Part shown: positions 39,149-49,867 of the stretch, piece after piece
Layout: each line of letters opens with the position of its first letter
How positions within the stretch are numbered: the stretch's first letter is position 1
From: a virus
Taxonomy: Duplodnaviria; Caudoviricetes
IMG/VR virus record: IMGVR_UViG_3300016486_001578
Strand: one strand, 5' to 3'
DNA: 64,000 bases
Notes under the pieces: model-generated
Told to the model about the DNA's origin: nothing
What the model saw: the letters and a program-made list of their open reading frames with translations, nothing else
The model's database searches: none
Translations under genes and position numbers: made by a program

Positions 39149-40408
39149 GAGATGTAATTGAAAGTGGTACTGAGTGGATTGAAGATCCAGTAGATCTTAA
39201 CTTAGATATAGACAAATTAAGATTTGAAACTATTGAAGATTTAACAATAGAAGAAATAAAAAATCAAAAAGTATATGATTTGGAGGTTGAAAACCAACAT
39301 AATTATATTGTTGATGGACTTGGATTAGTTCACAACGGTGGAGGTAAATAAGCGTCTGCTTCCACTTTAAAAAATCTGGAGGATTGCTGGGAGTTCCTTA
39401 GAGTTATTAATACTACAACGTAAAGAGTGATCTTATGCGTGAATGTTTGAAAAATTAATAAATTGGATAATCAGCAGCCGAGCATCTTAGGGATAAGATG
39501 AAGGTTCAACGACTAATGTTAGTAATGTAGAAAACAAGAAAACAACACGAGTACCAGACACATATTTTATGTGAAGATATAGTCTAAACTTATATGAAAG
39601 TATAAGAGAATAGGATAAAGAGCCTATTGTTAATACACAAATGAAACGCAAAGGAAGTATTGCTATTTATTTAGAGCCTTGGCACGCAGATGTTATGGAC
39701 TTTTTGGACCTTCGTAAAAACCAAGGTAAAGAAGAATTAAGAGCAAGAGATTTATTTTTGGCTATGTGGGTTAATGATCTATTTATGGAGAGAGTTGATT
39801 TAGATGAAGATTGGGCTTTGATGTGTCCGAATGAGTGTGATGGCCTTAATGAAACATATGGTGAAGAATTTAGAGAACTTTATATGAAATATGAAAGTGA
39901 AGGAAGATATAAAAAGGTAGTAAAGGCTAGGGATGTTTGGAATAAAATATTAGAATCACAAATTGAAACTGGTACTCCTTATATGTTATATAAAGATTCT
40001 ATTAACAGAAAATCAAACCAAAAAAACATAGGAATTATTAGAAGTTCTAATCTTTGTTTAGATGGTGATACTATAGTAGAATGTAGAGTCAATGGACTTG
40101 AAAGTGAATTAACAATGGTACAAATTGATGAAATCTTTAAATCTGGGCAAGAGATAGAAGTCTTAAGTATGGATGTTGCGACTGGTTTAAATGAATGGTG
40201 TTTAGTTGATAATTCAGGAATGACCAACAATGATGCTGAAACTATTAAAATAACCGATGAAGAAAATAACACTATTATATGCACACCAGAACATAAAGTA
40301 TGGACTAGTAATAGAGGTTATGTTATGGCTAAAAATTTAGTAGAGACAGATGAGTTAAAAATCAATAAAAAGTCGATTGTTGACAAAGGGTTATATACCT
40401 ATCTATAA
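39145..40408 (+). CDS. nrdA: NrdA fragment 2: IntC1 (64 aa), GGG^KRKGS...SSNL, IntN2; exons 39145-39345 and 39644-40408
   Basis: VYDLEV...LVHN|GGG; intron removal restores [17 protein letters not shown]; ETGTPY; SSNL|CLDG (Cys1 at 40055); TPEH. Confidence 0.9.
39346..39643 (+). ncRNA. Group I self-splicing intron (298 nt, no ORF)
   Basis: The 5' exon ends in U and pairs with IGS GCTTCCAC (U-G wobble). P ATTGCTGGGA, Q AATCAGCAG, R GTTCAACGACTA and S AAGATATAGTCT are present, with terminal G at 39643. Splicing restores the conserved motif in frame. Confidence 0.92.
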
Positions 40409-40515
40409 AGAAGATTGGGAAAATAAATTTAAAAACAAAAAGGAAGAAATAATAAAGTTTCTTAAAAATTATAAAATTGTAAAAAATCAATATACAAAAA
40501 AAAATAAAGAATAGC

Positions 40516-41883
40516 ATGTTAAAAATAGAAAAAGTAAAAAATAGACCGGTTTATGATATAACCGTTAATAAAAATCATAACTTTTATGCTAACGATATAC
40601 TAGTACATAACTGTGCTGAGATTGTAGAAGCAACTGGAATTACTAAATCACAAAAAGATATTCTTAATAATAAGGAGTTATTAGATAGCTTGGGGTTGTC
40701 TGAATTTTATGGAAGAGAATCAGTTAATGAGACTGCGGTTTGTAACTTAGCATCTATTGCACTTCCTAAGTTTGTTAATAAAAACAAAACATATAACTTT
40801 AAGAAATTATATGATGTTGCTTATAATGCGGTTATTAATTTAAATAATGTTATTGATACAAATTATTATCCATCAGAATCTGCTAAATTTTCTAATATAT
40901 TACATAGACCAATTGGATTAGGAGTTCAAGGACTATCAGATGTTTTCTTTATGAGTGGATTTGCTTATGATTCTGAACAAGCCAAACATTTAAATAAAGA
41001 AATATTCGAAACGATATATTATGCATCCATTAAGGCTTCTTGTGACTTAGCAAAAGTTGATGGTGCTTATACAACATATGAAGGTTCTCCTATGTCGGAG
41101 GGTAAGTTCCAATTTGATTTATGGAATGTTACTCCAACTAAGAGGTGGGATTGGGATAAACTTAGACTAGAAGTTTTAGAATATGGTGTTAGAAATTCAC
41201 TAACTGGTTGTATTATGCCAACTGCATCAACTGCTAATATACTTGGTAATGAGGCCTCTTGTGAAGTACAGACATCAAATATGTATACAAGAGGTGTCTT
41301 ATCTGGAACTTTTATTTTAGTTAATAAATACTTAGTTAAAGAATTAGTTAAATTAGGAATATGGGATGATAATATTAGAAGAAAGATAATTTCTGAAAAT
41401 GGATCGGTACAGAATATTCCAGAAATACCAACGAATTTAAAGGAAGTATTTAAAACGGCATATGAAATAAAACAAAAAAATGTTATTGATATGGCGGCTG
41501 ATAGAGGAGCATTTGTTGATCAAACACAATCTATGAATATTTTCATGGATTCTCCAAACTTTGCTAAATTAACTGCTATGCATTTCCATGGTTGGGGTAG
41601 AAGAAGTTTTATGAGAGCTGATGATGGTTCTCCTATTTTGCCTAAAAACAAGGATATAAAGGTAGTTTATGATAAAGATGGAAATCCTAGATTTTATAAA
41701 GATGAGAGAAATTCATTAAAAACTGGTATGTATTATCTTAGAAATAAAGCTAAATCTGATGCTGTTAAATTTACGGTTCAAGATGATAAAAACGTTGAAG
41801 ACCAAGTTTCTGATCTAGAAACACAGATGTCTGATATTGCTTGTAGCCTTGATGATGAAGATTGTCTTGCTTGTGGGTCATAA
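40516..41883 (+). CDS. nrdA: NrdA fragment 3: IntC2 (32 aa) plus C-terminal part
   Basis: VYDITV...ILVHN|CAEI, VCNLAS, RPIGLG, MPTAST, DQTQS, KTGMYY and terminal CLAC. Confidence 0.93.
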   Translation: MLKIEKVKNRPVYDITVNKNHNFYANDILVHNCAEIVEATGITKSQKDILNNKELLDSLGLSEFYGRESVNETAVCNLASIALPKFVNKNKTYNFKKLYDVAYNAVINLNNVIDTNYYPSESAKFSNILHRPIGLGVQGLSDVFFMSGFAYDSEQAKHLNKEIFETIYYASIKASCDLAKVDGAYTTYEGSPMSEGKFQFDLWNVTPTKRWDWDKLRLEVLEYGVRNSLTGCIMPTASTANILGNEASCEVQTSNMYTRGVLSGTFILVNKYLVKELVKLGIWDDNIRRKIISENGSVQNIPEIPTNLKEVFKTAYEIKQKNVIDMAADRGAFVDQTQSMNIFMDSPNFAKLTAMHFHGWGRRSFMRADDGSPILPKNKDIKVVYDKDGNPRFYKDERNSLKTGMYYLRNKAKSDAVKFTVQDDKNVEDQVSDLETQMSDIACSLDDEDCLACGS

Positions 41884-41899
41884 TCCACTAAAAAATTAT

Positions 41900-41938
41900 A
41901 AAAATCCCCATTATTCAATCAATAATGTGGATTTTTTA
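41900..41938 (+). terminator. Intrinsic terminator after nrdA
   Basis: AAAAATCC-CATTATT...AATAATG-TGGATTTTT imperfect hairpin. Confidence 0.55.
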
Positions 41939-42063
41939 TATAATTTAAAACCTTTATATAAAAAATCCACCTTTGAAAAAAACGAAATTTGAAAGATTAT
42001 AAATATAAACACATGAAATTAAAACTTTGTGTAAAAAAATAATAGAACATAAAACTAAAATAA

Positions 42064-42410
42064 TCAGTAGTTATTTAGAGGGTTACTTCGTATGCAATTG
42101 AAAAAAACACCCACTAGAAATTTTCTCTGGTCTTTATAAAGTTTTAAAGTAACATAGTAATATTCTGAGATACTTCGTATATTAGAACGGTAGTAAGAGA
42201 CTTGCCTTATCAGTGAGCCCCTAAAATTTGAGTTGAGAAATTCAAAAAATGGATCAAGATTGAGGAAAAATCTACTTCCTTTAAATAAAAAGATAGGGAA
42301 ACATCTACTTCCCTTAAATAAAAAGATAAGATGGACTATACTTTAAAAAAGTCACCAAAAATTTCTAGGAAATATTTGGGTTGCTTAGATTAGCCTTTCT
42401 TGTTACTGAG
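42064..42410 (+). ncRNA. Putative structured ncRNA region (Y-RNA-like?) upstream of a TROVE/Ro60 start
   Basis: Non-coding and GC-richer than the flanks; recurring TACTTC motif; terminal complementarity; 26-nt direct repeat. Confidence 0.4.
42270..42328 (+). repeat. 26-nt direct repeat x2
   Basis: ATCTACTTCC(T/C)TTAAATAAAAAGATA at 42270-42295 and 42303-42328. Confidence 0.85.
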
Positions 42411-42414
42411 AAAC

Positions 42415-42467
42415 AAAAAATAGACCAGGATTTTGAGAAACCTCAAAATTACTGGTCTATTTTTTTT
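42415..42467 (+). terminator. Long hairpin terminator
   Basis: AATAGACCAG-GATTTTGAG-AAAC-CTCAAAATT-ACTGGTCTATT plus U-tract. Confidence 0.75.
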
Positions 42468-42485
42468 AATAATAAAATAAAAAAT

Positions 42486-42632
42486 ATGTCAAAATTTAAC
42501 ACAACAACAAAAAAGCAAAAAACACTAACTGAAAATTTAGCTGGTGGTCAAGCATATACTCAATCATTAGTGATTGCGTTTGATTCAGCACCGACTGATG
42601 GGAAATTAAACATGGTAGGCAGCTATGTCTAA
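42486..42632 (+). pseudogene. N-terminal stub of a TROVE/Ro60-like protein fused to an unrelated tail
   Basis: MSKFNTT...TENLAGGQAYTQS resembles bacterial Ro60 N-termini; the sequence changes character after about 42566. Confidence 0.5.
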
Positions 42633-44810
42633 GATATTCTACATATTGAAGTCAGCTTTTAAGTCTGTTGTTGATTATTTCAAGAACATAAAATCTTTAG
42701 AACTCAATGGAATTAATCAGTATGTAGATTGTGGTGATGATGATATATTCTCATTTGGTGATGGAGTTACTGATAGTCCTTTTAGTTTTAGTGGGTGGAT
42801 TTATTATAGTGAAGAGAATATAAGACTATGTTCTAAGTTTTTGGGAAGTACACAAAGAGAGTATCAAGTATATATTGAGAATAATTGGTTAACATTTGCT
42901 CTTTATGGACAAGGTTCTAGTGCTAATAGACTTAGTATGATTTTTAATACAACAAGTTTAGTATTGAATAAGTGGTATCATATAACTGTAACTTGTAATG
43001 GTAATGGGTTGAATTCGGGTATGAAAGGTTTTTTAAATGGTATTGAGTTAAGTGGTTATGGTTCAAATACTGGTACTTATATAGCTATGTCACCACAAGT
43101 TTCTACATTTAAAATTGGTACAGAAGGAACAATTTTTAGTACTGCTAATATAGACCAAATGTGTGTTTGGAATAAAGAATTAAGTTTAGAAGAAATACGT
43201 GAAGCGATTCAATTAAATAGCTTAGAACAACATTCAGCTTATGCTAATTTAATCTCATGGTATGAATTTGAAGATGCAGAAATAGTTGGTACTACTTTAA
43301 TGAATAGAATTAGTGGTGCTCCTAATGCTACACTTTATAATGGAGCAACTAACTCAAAGGATATAAACTACCCTAGAACGTATCAATTAGAACCTAATGA
43401 CAATACTCCTTATGCAGAGAATGATACTGGCTGGGCATTGGACTTTGATGGCACGAATGAGTATGTAAATATACCTGATGCTGATGAGTTAAGCTTCGGT
43501 GCAAATCCTTTTAGTGTGTCAGTTTGGTTAAATAGAGACGAAATCAGAAATAAGTTTATAATAGAGAAAAAGATGAATATGATTTCAGAGGCAGTAACGC
43601 TACTAGATACTTCTTCACTTGCTATGATACAAATACAAGTAATTATATTAGAGTTACTTCTACTGCAACTGATGCTCCTGCTGGAGAATGGATTAATGTA
43701 ACAGTAACAGGTGATGGCTCAGGATTGGCCTCAGGATTAACTCTATATCAAAACGGAGTGTTAATAAGTTCAACGAATGTAACTGTAGGTACTTACGTTC
43801 AAATGCAAAATACTACATCTGATCTAACTCTTGGAAGAACCTCTGCCGCTTATGAAGGTTTGATGGATAATGTGTGTTTATTTGAGAAGGAATTAACCCA
43901 AGCCGAGGTTCTGCAGATTGTGAATGAACATCAAGTAAGAAACGAAACAGAGTTTAGTTTAGTATCTAATTTAGTTGGTTATTGGAGAGGTGTTAATTCT
44001 AGAACCGGTACTGATGGAGTAATCGATCAGTCAGGTAATGGGAATCATGGAACTATGACAAACATGACCGACAGTGATGTTGTTCTTTCAAGTCCTAGGC
44101 CTATATTCAACGAAGCTACAAAAGGTAGTACTATATTTGAGAGTGGTGATAATATAACAGTACCAAGTAATGCAGATTTTTCTTTTAGTTCAGGTGGCGT
44201 AGATAGACCGATTACTATTTGTTTTAATATACACCCAACTAGTACAGGTTTCAGAAATTTACGTGGACCGAATAAACCTGGAGAGTGGCAATTAAATGGA
44301 TATACCCTTACACAACCTCGTTTTATTTTATTTGGAACTGGTGGAAATTTATTTGTGGTATCTCCTACAAGACTTTTAGATGATATTTGGTATCAGATTT
44401 GTATTGTGTATGATGGTACTGGTGCAACTAATTCAGTTAATGCTTTTAAAATATATGTGAATGGTGTAGATGTTCCAGTAACCAATAATGGATCGGGAGC
44501 ATATACTGGAGCAATAACAAATAGTAATGATTTACAGTTTAATGATACTATGGAAAATAATATGACTGATTTTTGTGTAATTCATAAAGCATTAACACCA
44601 CCAGAAGTAGACGAATTGTACAACGACGGTTCACCTCCAGATTTAACAGAAGTAACATTTGCCTCTGACGTAAAACATTGGTGGAAACTTGATACAACCG
44701 AAGACCTAACAGTTATTGGTGGTGTTATAGACCAAATAGGAACCTCTGATGGTACCGCAATTAACATGACGATAGCAAACACAGACCTAACAGACTACCC
44801 AATAAATTAA
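42625..44810 (+). CDS. Multi-LamG (concanavalin-like) domain virion/receptor-binding protein (frameshift near 43570)
   Basis: Repeated L(D/E)FxG.NxYV...FSxSxW...W(Y)HI...WNKELS units; the two track ORFs join across an A-run. Confidence 0.75.
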
Positions 44811-44820
44811 AATAAACATT

Positions 44821-45348
44821 ATGAAGTATTATATAATAGAACAAGAAAAAATAACAAAGTACCTTCCTTTAATGGAGCAGAGCTTTGGTCATCCTAATAT
44901 TAGTGTAAAATTAAACTTAGATGAGAGTAAAGGAATTATGCAATTCACAGATGAGTTAGCCCCAAAGGGATATACCTCTTATACTAATAAAGAGATTCAA
45001 GATATTCTTAGAAACTCTCAATGGTCAGAGCAACCTACTTTAACAGATGAAGAGAAGATTTATATACTAATAAAATATGGTAAAGAGTTAGTTGTTAAAT
45101 TTCAAATAGATAATACCGCTTTAATAAGAGAAGGAAGTATCACTGAGATAGAAGCCGCTCAATTAATATATGACCAAGATGTTCAAGCAGTTACAACAGC
45201 TTTACTTGCTGGTACTTTAAGAGGTGCCGCTTTTCTTATTCAAACGAGATTCTTAGATGCTAGTGGTGAGAGCGTAAAGCCTTGGGTAACTAAAGAAAGA
45301 ATAGTAGAATATTTAACTACGATAAATAATATAATTAGTAATATATAA
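44821..45348 (+). CDS. Hypothetical protein (possible fibre chaperone)
   Basis: Follows the LamG gene. Confidence 0.55.
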   Translation: MKYYIIEQEKITKYLPLMEQSFGHPNISVKLNLDESKGIMQFTDELAPKGYTSYTNKEIQDILRNSQWSEQPTLTDEEKIYILIKYGKELVVKFQIDNTALIREGSITEIEAAQLIYDQDVQAVTTALLAGTLRGAAFLIQTRFLDASGESVKPWVTKERIVEYLTTINNIISNI

Positions 45349-46002
45349 TGCAAGATTTAAGTAAATATAATTCGATATTAACTTTCTTTGTTAACAATTT
45401 AATGTTAGATTTAGAGACTTTATAACCGAGAGAGATCACATAGATACAGGAGCAATGTATGCGTCTGTTAGGTTTGATATATCATCACAACAAAACACTT
45501 TTAATATTACATTAGAAGCAGAACATTATATTGAATACTTAGATAATTATCAATTCTTAAATGATTTTTATGAATTGAGTTCAACACAATTAATATTAGA
45601 TGATATGGTTACAGACAATCTATTAGAATAGGTGTCCATTTTTATCCACGACCCCATAATTAAAAGAAATTCTTGAATGTTCCATATCCTTTATTGGTAA
45701 TAGGTTATCCATGAAAAAGTCCTTATCAATCATATAATCTTTTTCAAAATCTTTATACTCTTTAGAGAAAATAAATGATTCGTTTATTTTATTAAAATCT
45801 TTAAATCTTTTAATCATTGTTTTAGTTGTTTATTGTCATATTAGCCTTTTTCGACTAATATGACATCTATTATTATATATTAAATTTTTTTAAATTAAAA
45901 CAAAATTTGTATAATATTATATAAATAAAAAAAAGAATATATTATGGAAGAATTGAAACCTATGGAAAATGGTGGCCACTATTAAAATTATAGTGGCCTT
46001 TT

Positions 46003-46767
46003 TTATTGCCAAACTTTTTCTAGATTTATTTTTGATCTTATATCTATAACAATATCATCCTTTATTAAAGAATATCTTTGTAGTGGTAAGAATTCTTCGA
46101 CTATATAACTTATTTTCCTAAATTCATTTTCATCTATATCAAAGTTGAATATTTGTATTAGATTTAACACTTCTGATTCAGATAGTTTATTTTTATATCC
46201 TAAGAAATAAATAAAATCGTAAGAATATTCATTATAGATATTTTCACCTTCTTTCGCTTTCTTTATTAAGAACTTAGCTAGACTATCCTCTACTCCTATT
46301 GTTGGTAATGAATATTTATAATTATCTATCTCAAAATGGTACAATTCTTTATTATAATTTGCCATCATTCCTTCGCTTATTTTGGCGTAATTAAAATTAT
46401 CTGAATTAAATTTTATTAACTTTTCTTTATCCTCTATATCACAATGATAATTTAAAATAATTGGTTTGCTGTTTGTATATTTTACAATTTCTAGAAATAT
46501 AAACACCATATCAATACTTTTTATATCATCCATTGCATATCCTTTTGATAAATTTATACTTTTCCTTACCACATTTCTTATTTTATTTATAATAACTCCT
46601 ATTTCTTTTGTGTATCCATTTTCATATTCTTTTATATCTTCTATTTTACACTTCTTTATTTTTAATTTAAAATCTTTTTTATAGAATAATCCTTGTGATG
46701 GTAAAATACTAACATCCAAACTTTTCTCCGACTCTAACAACCCATTTATTATATCATATAATCCCAT
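46003..46767 (-). CDS. Possible T4 gp26-like baseplate hub protein
   Basis: LPSQGLFY N-terminal pattern and size; weak resemblance only. Confidence 0.4.
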   Translation of the reverse strand: MGLYDIINGLLESEKSLDVSILPSQGLFYKKDFKLKIKKCKIEDIKEYENGYTKEIGVIINKIRNVVRKSINLSKGYAMDDIKSIDMVFIFLEIVKYTNSKPIILNYHCDIEDKEKLIKFNSDNFNYAKISEGMMANYNKELYHFEIDNYKYSLPTIGVEDSLAKFLIKKAKEGENIYNEYSYDFIYFLGYKNKLSESEVLNLIQIFNFDIDENEFRKISYIVEEFLPLQRYSLIKDDIVIDIRSKINLEKVWQ

Positions 46768-46831
46768 ATCTAATTTTATTTTTATATATTAAAATATCTT
46801 TGGGGGAGAAACTTTAATAAATATATACTTC

Positions 46832-47554
46832 ATGGTAATTGGTGGAGATTGTTTACAAAATATTAAAAAAATTGAGGATAATTCTATTGATTTAGTATTA
46901 ATAGATCCCCCATATATAATATCAAAAAAATCCAATTTCAGAAAAGTTTCCAAAGATGCACCAGATAATATAAAAAGGAAATATGATATATCAATAGATT
47001 TTGGTGATTGGGATAAAGAAGAACTAGATTGGGATTATCTATTTAGTGAATATTATAGAGTACTTAGAAAAGGCGGAACAATTGTTATATTTTATGACTC
47101 TTGGAAATCTAATGATATCCGTTATTCTGCTGATAAGAATAAATTTAAACAACCAAGAGTTGGTATATGGGTTAAAAATAACCCAGTTCCTATTAATTCT
47201 AAATTGAATTATCTATCTAATGCAATTGAGTTTTTTTATACATTCACTAAGGTGTCTAAACCGACTTTTAATTCTTCTTATGATAATGGTATTTATAATT
47301 ACCCTATCTGTCATGGCAAAGAAAGGTATAGTCATCCAACACAAAAACCATTATCACTTATTTCTGATTTAATAGAAAAACACTCAAATATCGGAGATAC
47401 TGTTTTGGATACTTTTGCTGGAACAGGAACAACAGCGCATGCTTGTTTGGTTTTGGATAGAAAATATATAGTAATGGAAAGAGATTTAGATTATCTATCA
47501 ATAATAAATAAAAGGTTATCAGAGGTAACAGAAAAATATAAAATAAAAAAATGA
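46832..47554 (+). CDS. DNA N6A/N4C methyltransferase (beta class)
   Basis: DPPY, HPTQKP and VLDTFAGTGTT. Confidence 0.92.
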   Translation: MVIGGDCLQNIKKIEDNSIDLVLIDPPYIISKKSNFRKVSKDAPDNIKRKYDISIDFGDWDKEELDWDYLFSEYYRVLRKGGTIVIFYDSWKSNDIRYSADKNKFKQPRVGIWVKNNPVPINSKLNYLSNAIEFFYTFTKVSKPTFNSSYDNGIYNYPICHGKERYSHPTQKPLSLISDLIEKHSNIGDTVLDTFAGTGTTAHACLVLDRKYIVMERDLDYLSIINKRLSEVTEKYKIKK

Positions 47555-47949
47555 TAAAAATAAAAAATTCACAATTAAATACAGAAACAATAAATTCTAT
47601 AAATAAATTAATAGAAATGGATATAAACGCATCAATAGCTTTTAGACTAGTTAGGGTCATAAGAGAATTATCAACAATAATTGAGGATAAGATAAAGATG
47701 GAAAGAAAGATCCTGGATAAGTGGATAGAAAAGGGAGAAAATGGTGAAATAATAAGACCAACGGGTGATAATGGTGAAGTAATAAAAAATTCTGTAAAGA
47801 TAACTAATAATTCTGCTTTTAATGAAGAAATGAATTTGCTTATGCAAGTTGAGAATGAAATTGATTTTAACCAAGTTAGTTTTGATGAACTTGGGCTTAA
47901 AACTGTCAAAATAAAGGATATAATGAAAATTGATTTCCTTTTCATCTAA
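47551..47949 (+). CDS. Hypothetical protein
   Basis: 132-aa ORF coupled to the methyltransferase gene. Confidence 0.6.
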   Translation: MIKIKNSQLNTETINSINKLIEMDINASIAFRLVRVIRELSTIIEDKIKMERKILDKWIEKGENGEIIRPTGDNGEVIKNSVKITNNSAFNEEMNLLMQVENEIDFNQVSFDELGLKTVKIKDIMKIDFLFI

Positions 47950-47963
47950 AAATATTAAAAAAA

Positions 47964-48197
47964 ATGATAAATAATAAGAAAGATTACCTAATGGCGCTTA
48001 ATACTATAAACTCAAATATAGGAGATGAGAAATATGATGATTTGAAAAAAGATGTCAATGAGTATGAAAGAAAAAACTTCAAAATAAGTGGTGATATAAC
48101 ACCCAATGTGCCTCCTATCGAGGTTATTAAAATAAATATTTTTACAGTTGGTTTTAATAGAATTAAGTATTGGGTTAAATCATTTAATAGGGACTAG
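47964..48197 (+). CDS. Hypothetical protein
   Basis: ORF track. Confidence 0.45.
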   Translation: MINNKKDYLMALNTINSNIGDEKYDDLKKDVNEYERKNFKISGDITPNVPPIEVIKINIFTVGFNRIKYWVKSFNRD

Positions 48198-48257
48198 AAA
48201 TTATAAATAATGTGTAGTTCATTAGTTTAATATATAATAAAAAAGTATAAATTATAA

Positions 48258-49865
48258 ATGCCAGCTACATATAGTATATTTAATGATGAGATAACAGAGG
48301 CGACTAGAAAGCCGGATATCTATTCCGTCTTACAAGAGATACCAAATAATTCACAAAAGTTAATAAAACCAAGAGATATAAGAGATGCTTTTTTATCTTC
48401 TTGGGCTAATGCTACCTTTAAAATAACATCTAATGGATCGGATGAATATATTGGTGTGGATTCTGGTGATCCGGATAATAGAGATGTTAAGAAAAAAATA
48501 TTAATAGGTAAAAGAAGCGTAGGAACACTTGATATAATGAGTGATTCTATTATAAACTCAACAGATGCTGATATACTTTTTTATAATACAAAACCCGATA
48601 ATGTTTCACAAGATTCGACTAAAATATCATTCTTAGCTGGTACTTTTTCTAATTTATTTGCTTCGGCCCCATTCATAGAGTCGGTATCGGATGGTAGTTC
48701 GATTACGCTTAATATAGAAAATTTACAAAATTCTATTAATATATTATCATTAACTAGTAGTGTTACTATAAATAATATTTCTTTCCCAACAGTTGATGAA
48801 TCAATTAGTGATTCTGCAGTTGGTAAAATATTAAAATATTCAGGAATATTTCCTTATGGTAAATTGGTTTGGGGTGATATAACAACAGATGATACAATAA
48901 TTGGATCAACTGGATCCAATACAAATATATATGGCTCGACTGTTTCTTTAAATGGTTATCCATTAGAGTTTATAGAAGATAGATTGGTTCCTACTACTAT
49001 AGGTGGTATCGAACAAGGTATGTCTTTTTCTGCTGGGTCTTTTATAAATAATTTAGGATCAGCCTCAAATTGGCCATTGGTTGAGATAATAAGAAATATA
49101 TTGTATCCTTATATCGAGCCGGAATTATTAATATCTGTTATAAATTTAGACACAAATAATAAATATATTGAAGTAGGCGCAACTGCTAGTTTATCTATTG
49201 AGTATTCTATTACTACTTATGCTAGGGAAGATAGTGAATCTATTAGTGAATACTTTGTTAGAGATTATGGCACAAGTGGTGTTACATGGAGTGTGATAGA
49301 TAGTGGTTCTAGCCTATTGGGTGACCCAGGTGTGACTTTCTCATTTACTACAACGTACTTAGAGACAGGCACTGGATCGGTTAGTGAGGAGCGAGAATAT
49401 GCACTCTTGGTGTCCACTATAAATCCACCAACGGCATTAGATCCGAATGTTAGTAATGTTGGGTTCAGTTTTAGTGCAATTGATACATTATCTTATATAA
49501 ATCCATTTTTTATTGGCTTTTATGTAGATTTTGATATAACATCTGATATTTCATCTTTCCGTGATTTTATTTGGGACACAGAAACAACTACAATAGTTGA
49601 AGATTATCCAGGTATTGGTGGATCCATTTTTGTCCCGTACCCTGTTTTTGATCATCAGCATGTTTATTTTGCCTATCCGTCATCATATGGGTTATTGACA
49701 TCAATAAATCTAACTACTTCTTCTTCTTTTGATATTATAAACATCTTTACTTATTCGATTTTACAACCAGATTCACCATTGGATTATTATGGCGAATATT
49801 ATATATATAAAACAGAACTTGAAACTTCTATTGATGTAATTGGTAGCTTTGAATTTATATTTTAA
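48258..49865 (+). CDS. Putative virion structural protein, paralog A
   Basis: S/T/G-rich; shares IRD...SxW, YIGxDxGxP, KILIGK and NGYPLEF with the next ORF; TAATATATA upstream. Confidence 0.6.
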   Translation: MPATYSIFNDEITEATRKPDIYSVLQEIPNNSQKLIKPRDIRDAFLSSWANATFKITSNGSDEYIGVDSGDPDNRDVKKKILIGKRSVGTLDIMSDSIINSTDADILFYNTKPDNVSQDSTKISFLAGTFSNLFASAPFIESVSDGSSITLNIENLQNSINILSLTSSVTINNISFPTVDESISDSAVGKILKYSGIFPYGKLVWGDITTDDTIIGSTGSNTNIYGSTVSLNGYPLEFIEDRLVPTTIGGIEQGMSFSAGSFINNLGSASNWPLVEIIRNILYPYIEPELLISVINLDTNNKYIEVGATASLSIEYSITTYAREDSESISEYFVRDYGTSGVTWSVIDSGSSLLGDPGVTFSFTTTYLETGTGSVSEEREYALLVSTINPPTALDPNVSNVGFSFSAIDTLSYINPFFIGFYVDFDITSDISSFRDFIWDTETTTIVEDYPGIGGSIFVPYPVFDHQHVYFAYPSSYGLLTSINLTTSSSFDIINIFTYSILQPDSPLDYYGEYYIYKTELETSIDVIGSFEFIF

Positions 49866-49867
49866 TT

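Noticed and set aside
39641-39643. ATG start of an independent NrdA fragment (MKRKGS)
   Set aside because: This ATG is the end of the group I intron (terminal G); splicing joins GGG to KRKGS in frame.
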